Source: Candidatus Poribacteria bacterium
GTDB taxonomy: Bacteria > Poribacteria > WGA-4E > WGA-3G
DNA: 64,000 nt
Reading direction: 5' to 3'
Assembly: GCA_963663765.2 (NCBI GenBank)
Contig: CAXXUA010000015.1
Span: forward strand, 1-64,000
The notes under the pieces were generated by a model. That model worked only from the letters and a program-made list of their open reading frames with translations. It was not told the DNA's origin and searched no databases. Both the position numbers and the translations under genes were made by a program. Positions 40,107-49,522 of this stretch are shown piece after piece; position 1 is the stretch's first letter; each line of letters starts with the position of its first letter.

Positions 40107-41936
40107 ATGCGTAAGCAAGTAGAACAAATCAAATCAGCAACCGTCCTCTTTGCTGGGGATTCAGGTGACGGGTCCCAAACAATCGGAACACAGATGACTG
40201 AAACCTCCGCTATTGTCGGAAACGATGTCGCCACGTTACCCGATTACCCTGCCGAAATAAAAGCTCCAGCAGGATCACTTGCCGGTGTATCCGGATTCCA
40301 ATTACACTTTTCCAGTGAAACAATTCACACACCAGGAGATAATTGTGATGTACTCGTCGTAATGAATCCTGCTGCACTAAAAGTCAATTTACACAAACTA
40401 AAAGATAACGGTATACTAATTGTCAATGCAGACAATTTCGCGCGAAAAAACCTACGACTCGCTGGATATGAAGAAAACCCGTTAGAAGATGATACACTCG
40501 CAAAATATCAGGTCTTTCAAGTTGAACTCACACGCCTGACTCGAAAAGTCCTTGAAGAAACTGACTTATCTTTTAGTGAACAAGATAGATGTAAAAACTT
40601 CTTTGCACTCGGAATGATACTCTGGTTATACAATCGTCCAATGGATTACACCTTCAGATGGATAAAAACAAAATTCGGTACAAAAAGTCCGCGCTACATC
40701 GAACCGAACATTTTAGCACTCCGAGCAGGAAATAACTATTGCGATATGACTGAGCAATTCGTTACCTCTTATGAGGTTAAATCCGCAAAATTTGAGCCAG
40801 GGAAATACAGAAATATTGAAGGAAATATGTCCACTGTTCTTGGACTTGTCGCAGCCGCACACAAATCCGGTCTAAAGCTTATATACGGTAGTTATCCAAT
40901 TACACCCGCAAGTGACATCCTTCACGGATTAGCAAATTATCGTAACTTCGGTATAATTACAATGCAAATGGAAGATGAAATCGCTGCTGTCGGAGTTGCA
41001 ATTGGAGCTGCATATAGCGGTGCACTCGGTGTCACAGGGAGTAGCGGACCCGGTCTTGCGCTCAAATCCGAAGCAATAAATCTCGCTATGATCGCTGAAC
41101 TCCCTATTGTCGTTTGCAATATACAAAGAGCTGGACCTTCTACCGGAATGCCTACAAAGACTGAACAAGCTGACCTGCTTCAGATGTTCTATGGACGAAA
41201 CGGTGAATCCCCAATACCCATAATTTCCGCATGCCGTCCAACCGACTGTTTCAATACCGTCTATGAAGCATGCAGAATAGCAGTGAAATACAGAACACCT
41301 GTCATCTTTCTGTCAGAATTATATATTGCTCTCGGGGCTGAACCTTGGCTGATCCCAAATGTGGATGATCTACCGAAGATTGAACCGAACTTCCAAGCAA
41401 ATACCAACGGCTTTGAACCGTACCTAAGGGACGACGCAACTCTCGCAAGACCATGGGCATTACCCGGTACACCCGGACTTGAACACCGAATCGGTGGATT
41501 GGAAAAATCTGATATTACTGGAAATGTCAGTTATGACGCAGAAAATCATGAAAATATGGTGAACATCAGAGCAGAAAAAGTTCAACGAATCACAAACGAA
41601 ATTCCACCTACCGAAATATATGGGGAACAGGAAGGGGACCTCCTTATGCTCGGTTGGGGTGGAACTTTCGGTGTAATCCGCACAGTCGTTGAAAACAGAC
41701 TTGAAGAAGGTCGCTCAATCGCTCACGTACACTTACGACACCTCAACCCATTACCAAGTGATTTAGGTGAAATACTAAAGCGATTCAAAACCGTTCTTAT
41801 TCCCGAACTAAACTCAGGACATCTGCTGCAATTAATACGCAGCAAATATCTTATTGATGCAGTGGGAGTCAACAAAATACAAGGACAACCATTCCACGTC
41901 TACGAACTGAATAACAAAATTGACACATACATTTAA
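40107..41936 (+). CDS. korA: 2-oxoacid:acceptor oxidoreductase subunit alpha
   Basis: FAGDSGDG, YPITPAS, QMEDEIAA, SSGPG, QRAGPSTGMPTKTEQ. Confidence 0.92.
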   Translation: MRKQVEQIKSATVLFAGDSGDGSQTIGTQMTETSAIVGNDVATLPDYPAEIKAPAGSLAGVSGFQLHFSSETIHTPGDNCDVLVVMNPAALKVNLHKLKDNGILIVNADNFARKNLRLAGYEENPLEDDTLAKYQVFQVELTRLTRKVLEETDLSFSEQDRCKNFFALGMILWLYNRPMDYTFRWIKTKFGTKSPRYIEPNILALRAGNNYCDMTEQFVTSYEVKSAKFEPGKYRNIEGNMSTVLGLVAAAHKSGLKLIYGSYPITPASDILHGLANYRNFGIITMQMEDEIAAVGVAIGAAYSGALGVTGSSGPGLALKSEAINLAMIAELPIVVCNIQRAGPSTGMPTKTEQADLLQMFYGRNGESPIPIISACRPTDCFNTVYEACRIAVKYRTPVIFLSELYIALGAEPWLIPNVDDLPKIEPNFQANTNGFEPYLRDDATLARPWALPGTPGLEHRIGGLEKSDITGNVSYDAENHENMVNIRAEKVQRITNEIPPTEIYGEQEGDLLMLGWGGTFGVIRTVVENRLEEGRSIAHVHLRHLNPLPSDLGEILKRFKTVLIPELNSGHLLQLIRSKYLIDAVGVNKIQGQPFHVYELNNKIDTYI

Positions 41937-41973
41937 TTTCACCCTATAATGTGCAAAAAAGGTAGGCACACTT

Positions 41974-43011
41974 ATGAGAAATGAAAAAGACCCAGGCATT
42001 CCACTCGGAGTACCGACCCTCACCTCAAATGATTTCAAATCCGATCAGGACGTACGCTGGTGTCCTCGGTGTGGAGATTACTCCATATTGGCTCAGACAC
42101 GTCGCATTATGCCAGAATTAGGTATCCCCAAAGAGAATATTGTATTTATTTCAGGCATTGGATGTTCAAGTCGGTTCCCATACTATATGAACACTTATGG
42201 GTTTCACACAATACACGGTAGAGCACCGACAATTGCGTCTGGAGTGAAAATGGCAAATCCTGACCTATCCGTATGGGTCATTACTGGGGATGGGGACGCA
42301 CTCTCAATCGGTGGCAATCATTTCATACATCTCATGCGTAGAAACTTTGATTTAAACGTATTGCTCTTCAACAACAGAATTTATGGTCTTACCAAAGGGC
42401 AATACTCACCCACTTCAGAGCAGGGAAAAAGCACATATTCGAGTCCTTTCGGATCGCTTGAAGCCCCTTTCAACCCTATTAGTCTTGCGCTTGCTGCAAG
42501 GGCAACCTTCGTGGCACGTTCACTTGACACAGATTCTACACACCTGCAAGCAACTATCAAAGCTGCGTTTGAACATAAAGGTACATCCTTCATTGAAATA
42601 TATCAGGACTGCTACGTCTTTAATGCACATGCATTCCAACTCTACACTGACAAATCAACCAAAGCTGACAATACTGTCAGACTTGAACATGGCGAACCGC
42701 TTCTCTTTGGTAAAGACAATGAACAAGGTATCCAATTGAAAAACTTCCAACCCGAAGTCACAACCGTTACAAACGGCACAGATGATCTTATCGTTCATGA
42801 TCAATATGCTGAGAACACAACATTAGCTAACTTTCTTGCACGAATGAGTGATATGCCTGATATGCCACACCCCATAGGCATCTTCCGAAGCGTTCAAAAA
42901 CCTTGCTACGAGGATATGATGGTTGACCAGATCGATTACGCAAAACAACAGAAAGGTGAAGGAAACATTCACGATCTCCTTAACGCAGGCGACACTTGGG
43001 TCGTTGAGTAA
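41974..43011 (+). CDS. korB: 2-oxoacid:ferredoxin oxidoreductase subunit beta
   Basis: WCPxCGD, SGIGCSS, HGRA, GDGD...NNRIYGLTKGQYSPT. Confidence 0.92.
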   Translation: MRNEKDPGIPLGVPTLTSNDFKSDQDVRWCPRCGDYSILAQTRRIMPELGIPKENIVFISGIGCSSRFPYYMNTYGFHTIHGRAPTIASGVKMANPDLSVWVITGDGDALSIGGNHFIHLMRRNFDLNVLLFNNRIYGLTKGQYSPTSEQGKSTYSSPFGSLEAPFNPISLALAARATFVARSLDTDSTHLQATIKAAFEHKGTSFIEIYQDCYVFNAHAFQLYTDKSTKADNTVRLEHGEPLLFGKDNEQGIQLKNFQPEVTTVTNGTDDLIVHDQYAENTTLANFLARMSDMPDMPHPIGIFRSVQKPCYEDMMVDQIDYAKQQKGEGNIHDLLNAGDTWVVE

Positions 43012-43105
43012 TATTGACATAACCTACTCGTTGGAGGGGTTTCCAACCCCGTTTTGATTTGGATATTCGAGAGAAAATCCTGGTTCAGACAAAGGAAAAA
43101 TCTGA

Positions 43106-44593
43106 ATGGCAAAAAAACCAAACATCCTTTACATAATGACAGACCAACAGCGTTTTGACACTGTCGGTGCACTCGGAAATCCAATCATACAAACACCCGC
43201 ATTGGATAGAATTGTCCGTGAAGGAACAAGTTTTACCTCTGCATACTGTCCATCACCGGTCTGTGTTGCTTCCCGTTGCAGTTTCCTGCTAGGACAGTGG
43301 CCCCATCAAACGGGATGCACAACAAATTCTGCGATGCCGCAAGACCGAACTTCTGTTATGGATATGCTCAATGAAGACGGTTATCAAACACACGGTATCG
43401 GTAAAATGCACTTCACCCCACAAGGAAACAAATTGTGGGGATTTGAATCCAGAGATGTTTCAGAGGAAGGTTCTGGTAACAACGACTTTACGCAGTCACT
43501 ACGAGAAAACGGATATGACCATATTATCGCTCCCCACGGGGAACGAAGCGAATACTACTATATTCCACAACCTTCTCAACTCCCAGCAAGGTTACACCAT
43601 ACGCAATGGGTGGGTGATAAGACTTTGCAGTTCCTTTCACAACGCAATTCTGATAGACCTTTCCTGTGTTGGTCCAGCTTCATAAAACCGCATCCGCCGT
43701 TTGAATCACCTGTGCCATGGAACAGATTATACCGTACTGTAGAGATGCCGTTGCCATTCCTACCCCCAAACTATGAAGAACTGCACACACACTGGAATCG
43801 CCATCAGAATAGATACAAATACCGAGATCAAGGCATGGACATGAACCTTCTTCGGACAATGCGTGCAGCGTACTACGCAGCAATTTCGTATATAGATTAT
43901 CAGGTAGCACGCATGCTTGACTACCTTGAATCCGAAGGTGAGCTTGATAATACTCTGATACTATTCACTTCCGATCATGGGGAGCTGCTTGGAGACTATG
44001 ATTGCTACGGCAAACGTTCATACTTAGATGCTGCTGCCCGTATACCACTCCTTGTTCGGTATCCAGAAAGGTTTACTGCTAACAACCAGTGCGACACACC
44101 AACAAGTCTTGTGGATGTCCTCCCGACCTCTCTTGCTGCAGCAGGATTGACAACACCTTCAGATCGTTGCGGCACTGACCTTGCAGAAATCGGTTCAGGT
44201 AATGTAGAACGGGATGCAATTATCGGTCAGTTATCACAGGAAAGCAGAGGTTTATATGCGCTTATTACTAATGATTACAAATACACCTACTCCGCTGCTG
44301 ACCGAAAAGAGTGGCTATTCAGACGACTTGCCGGTAGACTTGATGAACGCAATCTTGCAGGCAACCCAGCTTATGGTAGAACGCTTAGAACCTATAGGGA
44401 TCGGTTAATTAGTTGGTTCCGTGAAGATGGTTATGACCTTCCTCTTGACGGAAATAGATGGCGTGAATTTCCACAACCCGTGGATAACGAAAATCCAGAT
44501 GCAGACCAACTTTTCCAAGATGGACGTTCTTCAACTGATCAATTTCCACCAGGATATTCGCCACATATCGATCCCATCAAAGGGCATACTTAA
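43106..44593 (+). CDS. Sulfatase
   Basis: PNILYIMTDQQR, CVASR active-site motif, GKMH, KPHPP, SDHG. Confidence 0.92.
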   Translation: MAKKPNILYIMTDQQRFDTVGALGNPIIQTPALDRIVREGTSFTSAYCPSPVCVASRCSFLLGQWPHQTGCTTNSAMPQDRTSVMDMLNEDGYQTHGIGKMHFTPQGNKLWGFESRDVSEEGSGNNDFTQSLRENGYDHIIAPHGERSEYYYIPQPSQLPARLHHTQWVGDKTLQFLSQRNSDRPFLCWSSFIKPHPPFESPVPWNRLYRTVEMPLPFLPPNYEELHTHWNRHQNRYKYRDQGMDMNLLRTMRAAYYAAISYIDYQVARMLDYLESEGELDNTLILFTSDHGELLGDYDCYGKRSYLDAAARIPLLVRYPERFTANNQCDTPTSLVDVLPTSLAAAGLTTPSDRCGTDLAEIGSGNVERDAIIGQLSQESRGLYALITNDYKYTYSAADRKEWLFRRLAGRLDERNLAGNPAYGRTLRTYRDRLISWFREDGYDLPLDGNRWREFPQPVDNENPDADQLFQDGRSSTDQFPPGYSPHIDPIKGHT

Positions 44594-44599
44594 TAACTT

Positions 44600-44792
44600 C
44601 AGGACTTACGCAGTATTCTTGATTTAATCAAGAATTATGATGAAAATGATGCAATTATCAACATTTTTATGGGTTTCCGGCGCCAAATCAAGTAATCAAC
44701 GGTATGAATGCTATAAAGCGTTCCCCGGGTATGATTGCCTTTTGGCATTGCGCGCCTACAAAGCGCGCCTACCGTTGTGTGCGTAAGTCTTG
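44600..44792. mobile_element. MITE family B with nested mini-element insertion
   Basis: TIRs; CCAAATCAA...GAATGC...GGCATT insert within the internal REP hairpin; flanks TAACTT/TAACTA. Confidence 0.75.
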
Positions 44793-44840
44793 TAACTAAT
44801 AATACTACTCCTCAATGTCAGGTTTAAACACTTTGTTGAT

Positions 44841-45923
44841 TTGAAATCAATCCATTCTTTTAATACAACTATTATTAATCCAGTAGTTCAACTTAGACAA
44901 CTACTCCGTGATCTATTGCCGTCGCTGCTTGCTATCTGCGGCTTTTTTCTTTTATGTGGCGTTGTATTGTATTGTAGTGGACGGAATCCTTTGGATTTTT
45001 ACACGACGATTTATATGAGTGGGTTCTCCAGTTTTGATGAATTTGGAGGCGTCCTGTTCTATGCAACTCCACTTATATTTACAGGACTTGCAGTTGCAAT
45101 TGGTTTCAATGGGGGTATGTTAAATATAGGTTGTGAAGGACAGTTAAATGTCGCTGCCTTTGCTGCTGCGTTGGTTGGTATACATATACAACTTCCCTTT
45201 ATGCTGTTAGTTCCTTTTTGCATTGTAGCTGCATTAGTTGCAGGTGGTACTTGGGGTGCGATTCCAGGATTACTGAAAGCGAAATTCGGTGCACATGAAG
45301 TTATCAATACGATAATGATGAACTTTATTGCAGCAATACTAACGAATTTCCTTATCACATCCATTTTTCAAGAACCTGGACAGATGAATCTGCAGACATC
45401 CCCGATTCAAGATACCAGTCGACTTCCACGTATATCTGGCGTATTGACCCTCCTGCCAGATGATAACTTGTTGAATGTCAGTTTCCTCCTTGCATGTGCC
45501 TGTGTGATAATTGTATACATATTTTTGAAGTGGACGCGTTGGGGATATGAACTCCGTTTAGTTGGTAAGGCACCAGAAGTAGCTGAATATGGAGGGATTA
45601 ATCCGCGTGTCGTGATTGTTTGGGTGATGTTGCTCAGCGGTGCAATTGCTGGATTAGCAGGTGTTGCAGATGTCATGGGATATAACTATAGATATGTATA
45701 TAGTTTCTCGTCGGGTTGGGGGTTCACGGGGATTGCTGTTGCACTATTGGGCAAAAATCATCCGTTTGGTGTATTTGCAGCTGCGCTCTTATTTGGTTTG
45801 CTTGATAAAGTAGCTTTGGATATTGAATTTCTGTTGGGAATACCTCGCGGTCTATTCTTAATCGGACAAGGATTACTAATTATTACATTGGTATGCCTTG
45901 AACGTCTATCTAAAAAAGTGTAG
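44841..45923 (+). CDS. ABC transporter permease (nucleoside/sugar, BMP-associated type)
   Basis: NIGxEGQ, EVIxTIMMN, GFTGIAVALLG.NHP; start codon uncertain. Confidence 0.88.
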   Translation: MKSIHSFNTTIINPVVQLRQLLRDLLPSLLAICGFFLLCGVVLYCSGRNPLDFYTTIYMSGFSSFDEFGGVLFYATPLIFTGLAVAIGFNGGMLNIGCEGQLNVAAFAAALVGIHIQLPFMLLVPFCIVAALVAGGTWGAIPGLLKAKFGAHEVINTIMMNFIAAILTNFLITSIFQEPGQMNLQTSPIQDTSRLPRISGVLTLLPDDNLLNVSFLLACACVIIVYIFLKWTRWGYELRLVGKAPEVAEYGGINPRVVIVWVMLLSGAIAGLAGVADVMGYNYRYVYSFSSGWGFTGIAVALLGKNHPFGVFAAALLFGLLDKVALDIEFLLGIPRGLFLIGQGLLIITLVCLERLSKKV

Positions 45924-45925
45924 AT

Positions 45926-46768
45926 ATGATTTTACAATTATTATCAAGTACTTTACGAATGACAACGCCATTAGGTTATGCGGCGTTAGGTGGTATTTAT
46001 TCTGAAAGGTCAGGTATCATCAATATTGCTCTTGAAGGAATGATGCTGCTTGGTGCTTTTGGATTTGTTGTAGGTGCGCATGCGACTCAATCTGCGTGGA
46101 TTGGGCTATGTGTTGGTATCGGATTTGGTTTATTCATTGCTCTGATATTTGCTGTAGCGACAATATCCTTTCATGGTGAGCAGATTGTCACGGGGATAGC
46201 GATTAACCTTATAGCGTTAGGAGTCATCAAGTATGTCGTTCCAACGAACGAACGAGTATCTGGTTTGCCAGAAATAGGGTTGCCCTTTATAGGTTCATAT
46301 AGTATTCTCGTATATCTATTGCCTTTGTTAATGATAGTCAGCCATATATTGTTATTCAAAACACCATGGGGATTACGTTTACGTGCTGCTGGAGAATCTA
46401 CGGTAGCACTCAATACACTCAGTTTAAGTCGTCCAAAGTGGCAATATCTTGGATTAATTCTCAGTGGTATTCTTGCAAGTATAGGGGGTTGTTTCCTAAT
46501 TTCTGATAATCATTATTTTACTGAAAGGATTATTGGTGGCCGTGGTTATGTTGCGCTTGCAGCAGTGATCTTTGGGAATTGGAAACCTTATACATCTATA
46601 GCGGCGAGCCTTCTTTTTGGGTTCTCAATTGTTGTAGGTCTTGCAAATCAATGGAAAATACCAATCCAACTCATTGAAAGTGTGCCTTATGTATTAACTA
46701 TGGTTGTGTTGGCAGGTCTTGTGGGTAAGTCAAGTCCTCCGGCTGCTTTAGGTAAGATGGAATCCTAA
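45926..46768 (+). CDS. ABC transporter permease (nucleoside/sugar)
   Basis: SERSGIINIALEG, GLRLRAAGE, GRGYVALAAVIFGNW.P. Confidence 0.9.
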   Translation: MILQLLSSTLRMTTPLGYAALGGIYSERSGIINIALEGMMLLGAFGFVVGAHATQSAWIGLCVGIGFGLFIALIFAVATISFHGEQIVTGIAINLIALGVIKYVVPTNERVSGLPEIGLPFIGSYSILVYLLPLLMIVSHILLFKTPWGLRLRAAGESTVALNTLSLSRPKWQYLGLILSGILASIGGCFLISDNHYFTERIIGGRGYVALAAVIFGNWKPYTSIAASLLFGFSIVVGLANQWKIPIQLIESVPYVLTMVVLAGLVGKSSPPAALGKMES

Positions 46769-46819
46769 TTTTGATTTCAGATAAGGATCTAATTGGATAC
46801 AAGAGTAATGTCTCAGCAA

Positions 46820-49201
46820 TTAACTTTGTTCATCTGTGAGTTCATAATAAGCGGAATGTCTGTTGTAATATCCATAGGATTTCGCGTATCTTGGATTTAT
46901 CATATTACACAACACACCAATGCCCTTTCCTGGTAGGACTTCCTTTAGGTGTTTTAATCCAGTTAGCAGATCGAATTTTTTGGTCTTGGTGATGTCAAAC
47001 ACATATATGACAGCGTCTGCGACAGTAGCCAAGATGACAGGATCTGCTACTGCACGTACTGGTGGGGAGTCAATGACAATAATATCGTATTCAGATTTAG
47101 CCTGTTCCAACCAATCTGTCATCATATCGGAATTTAGGAGTTCAATTGGGTTAGGTGGAATCGTTCCTCCTGGTACAAGGTGTAAATTTGCAATACCTGT
47201 TTGTCGGACAGTAGACATTAGGACATCATAACTATTCTCGGAGTTGATACTTATGAGAGCCTCACTCAGACCGGGTTTGCGCGGATCACTGTGCGTGATG
47301 TCAAAAGAATCGTGGGTACTATCGACATCGTCTTGGTCTGTTATTTGAAGGAGTTGCTCTGTTGGAAAAGCGGTGTGTTGTGTAGGTCTGCGCATATCTG
47401 CATCTATCAACAGCACTTTGTTACCTTTTTGTGCCAATGCAGCAGCAAGGTTGGATGAAACAGTGCTTTTTCCTTCACCACGGGTAGAACTCGTGACGAG
47501 TACAGTTTTTAATTCACTGTTAAGATTAAGGAATGGTAATTTTGCTACAAGTACGCGAAAAGCTTCAGATGATATAGAACTGGGCGCATCATTTACAATG
47601 AGCGGAATTCTGTAGGAACTACTTTTTTTGATAGATGGAATTACACCGAGAAAACTTGGTGGTTCTGGTAAGGAATCTAATTGTCGGACAGAATCCTCAA
47701 GTCGCAGATAAGTATCTTTGAAATAATTTTTTGCAACAGCAAAGGTCATTCCAAGTAAACCTCCGACCAACGCCCCTAAAACAAGATTTATTTTCATACG
47801 TGGTTTGATGGGTTCTTCAGGTATTCGAGCTTGATCTAATACTCTTAGACTGTCTGTTCTTGTTTCATTTATTATTTGGGATTCCTGTATTTTTTTTTCT
47901 AATTCTACGACTTGTGCGTTGTATAGTTCAACATCGCGCTTGAGTCTGTACATTTCCAATTGTTCATCCGACCACCCACCTAGTTTTGCGATTTCCTTGT
48001 TTATTTGAGCAGTAGTTTCCTTCTTTTGTTGTTGAAGACTATCAATAGCGGCTTGAGCTTCGTTTACCTTTTCTGATAATGCTTGGTGTAATGGATTAAA
48101 GGAGGATGTAGTACTTATAGTTTCTTTTTCCTCCTCTTTGAGTCGAGCTTCAGTTTCTTTTATTTTTTCAATTATAGATGTAATTTCAGGATGAGCAACA
48201 TCACCATATTTACCTATCAATGCTTTTTTCTCAATTTCATAGTCATTTAAATTATCTTGTAGCTTTGCATAATTAGGATTTCTTGATTTCGTTTCCGAGA
48301 TAAGGTTTTCTTCAATCTTGTTAAGTTCATCTTTATATGCCACGAGTCTCAATTGAGCGCCAACCAATTGACTTGCGATAGTATTTTCATTCAACTGAAG
48401 AGCGACAATGAGTTGTGCTAGTGTTCCACCTTCAGTGTTTAGGGTGAGTTCAGGATTTTTCAGCTGAAAATCGAAAAGATTTTTTTCAGCTTTCTCAAGG
48501 TTCTTTTTAGCGTCATTTAGCATGGTTTGTGGTAGAGGCTTCTCCCACCATTGCATTTTTTCAGCATCTTCAATTGCTACAGTATCTATAAGTACCATTG
48601 AAATTCTGTTACATAATAATTGGGCACGTTCCGAACTATGTTGTGTAATCTTGAGAGTAATTACGTTTCCATCCGTAGATTCTTCAATTTTCATATCTTC
48701 TTCAATCAATGTTTTAATGAAGAAGTCTTCCCACTCATCTATAGTTAGATCACCCTGTTCAGTTGCAGTATCGTCTACTTCAATATTGAATAGATTTGCT
48801 AACCAATTAGCTGTTTTGCTTCTGTAAGCAGGAAGTGGTTCAAGAAGTCCTTCTGCTCGAAGTTGGTGTACTGTGGGAGCAATCACTAAGTCGCGTGATT
48901 GTAGTATAGTTGCGTAAGTACTCAATGAAGTGTTAGAAAAAATTCCAGATAATGGTAGTTGCGAGAGCAGAGAGGAGGTTGGTTGTCCTTGAAGGATACG
49001 GATTGTTGTTTCTGATTGATATGTTGGTTGCGTAAAATCGGTTACAAGATAAGCTCCAACTATACAAAAAAAACAGATTGCAATAACACTCCATTTATTC
49101 CGATAAAGTATCCAAAAATAATCAGTAATTTTAATTTCAGTAATTTGTTCAAGTTGCTTATCGTCTTTTTCTGGCATTTTCTCCCTCATCATCGTATCCA
49201 C
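46820..49201 (-). CDS. wzc: Polysaccharide co-polymerase / BY-kinase
   Basis: Wzz-like N-terminus, coiled coil, GEGKST Walker A, IDADMRRP, IDSPP, Tyr-rich tail. Confidence 0.9.
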   Translation of the reverse strand: MDTMMREKMPEKDDKQLEQITEIKITDYFWILYRNKWSVIAICFFCIVGAYLVTDFTQPTYQSETTIRILQGQPTSSLLSQLPLSGIFSNTSLSTYATILQSRDLVIAPTVHQLRAEGLLEPLPAYRSKTANWLANLFNIEVDDTATEQGDLTIDEWEDFFIKTLIEEDMKIEESTDGNVITLKITQHSSERAQLLCNRISMVLIDTVAIEDAEKMQWWEKPLPQTMLNDAKKNLEKAEKNLFDFQLKNPELTLNTEGGTLAQLIVALQLNENTIASQLVGAQLRLVAYKDELNKIEENLISETKSRNPNYAKLQDNLNDYEIEKKALIGKYGDVAHPEITSIIEKIKETEARLKEEEKETISTTSSFNPLHQALSEKVNEAQAAIDSLQQQKKETTAQINKEIAKLGGWSDEQLEMYRLKRDVELYNAQVVELEKKIQESQIINETRTDSLRVLDQARIPEEPIKPRMKINLVLGALVGGLLGMTFAVAKNYFKDTYLRLEDSVRQLDSLPEPPSFLGVIPSIKKSSSYRIPLIVNDAPSSISSEAFRVLVAKLPFLNLNSELKTVLVTSSTRGEGKSTVSSNLAAALAQKGNKVLLIDADMRRPTQHTAFPTEQLLQITDQDDVDSTHDSFDITHSDPRKPGLSEALISINSENSYDVLMSTVRQTGIANLHLVPGGTIPPNPIELLNSDMMTDWLEQAKSEYDIIVIDSPPVRAVADPVILATVADAVIYVFDITKTKKFDLLTGLKHLKEVLPGKGIGVLCNMINPRYAKSYGYYNRHSAYYELTDEQS

Positions 49202-49222
49202 TAATCACGTTTTTTTAATAGT

Positions 49223-49380
49223 CAGGACTTACGCACCCAACGGTAGGCGGGGAATGCCTAAATGGCATTCATACCGTTGATTTGGTGCTTTGTAAGCGCG
49301 CTGGAAACCGAAAAAATGTTGAAAATTACACCATTTTCGCCATAATTCTTCATCAAATCATGAAAACTGCGTAAGTCCTG
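49223..49380. mobile_element. MITE family B with 36-bp mini-element insert (49250-49285)
   Basis: Perfect TIRs; 6-bp direct repeat AATAGT; 36 bp longer than the empty copy at 63559-63680. Confidence 0.85.
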
Positions 49381-49522
49381 AATAGTATAACATGAACATT
49401 GTAAAAGCTTTTGTAGAGCAAACTGTTAGTTTACGTTCCACAGATGTACAAACTAACAGTTTGTACATCTGTGGCTTACCTTGCTTAAGGGGTTTTAGTT
49501 TGCATAGATCTATTTTGTTTAT

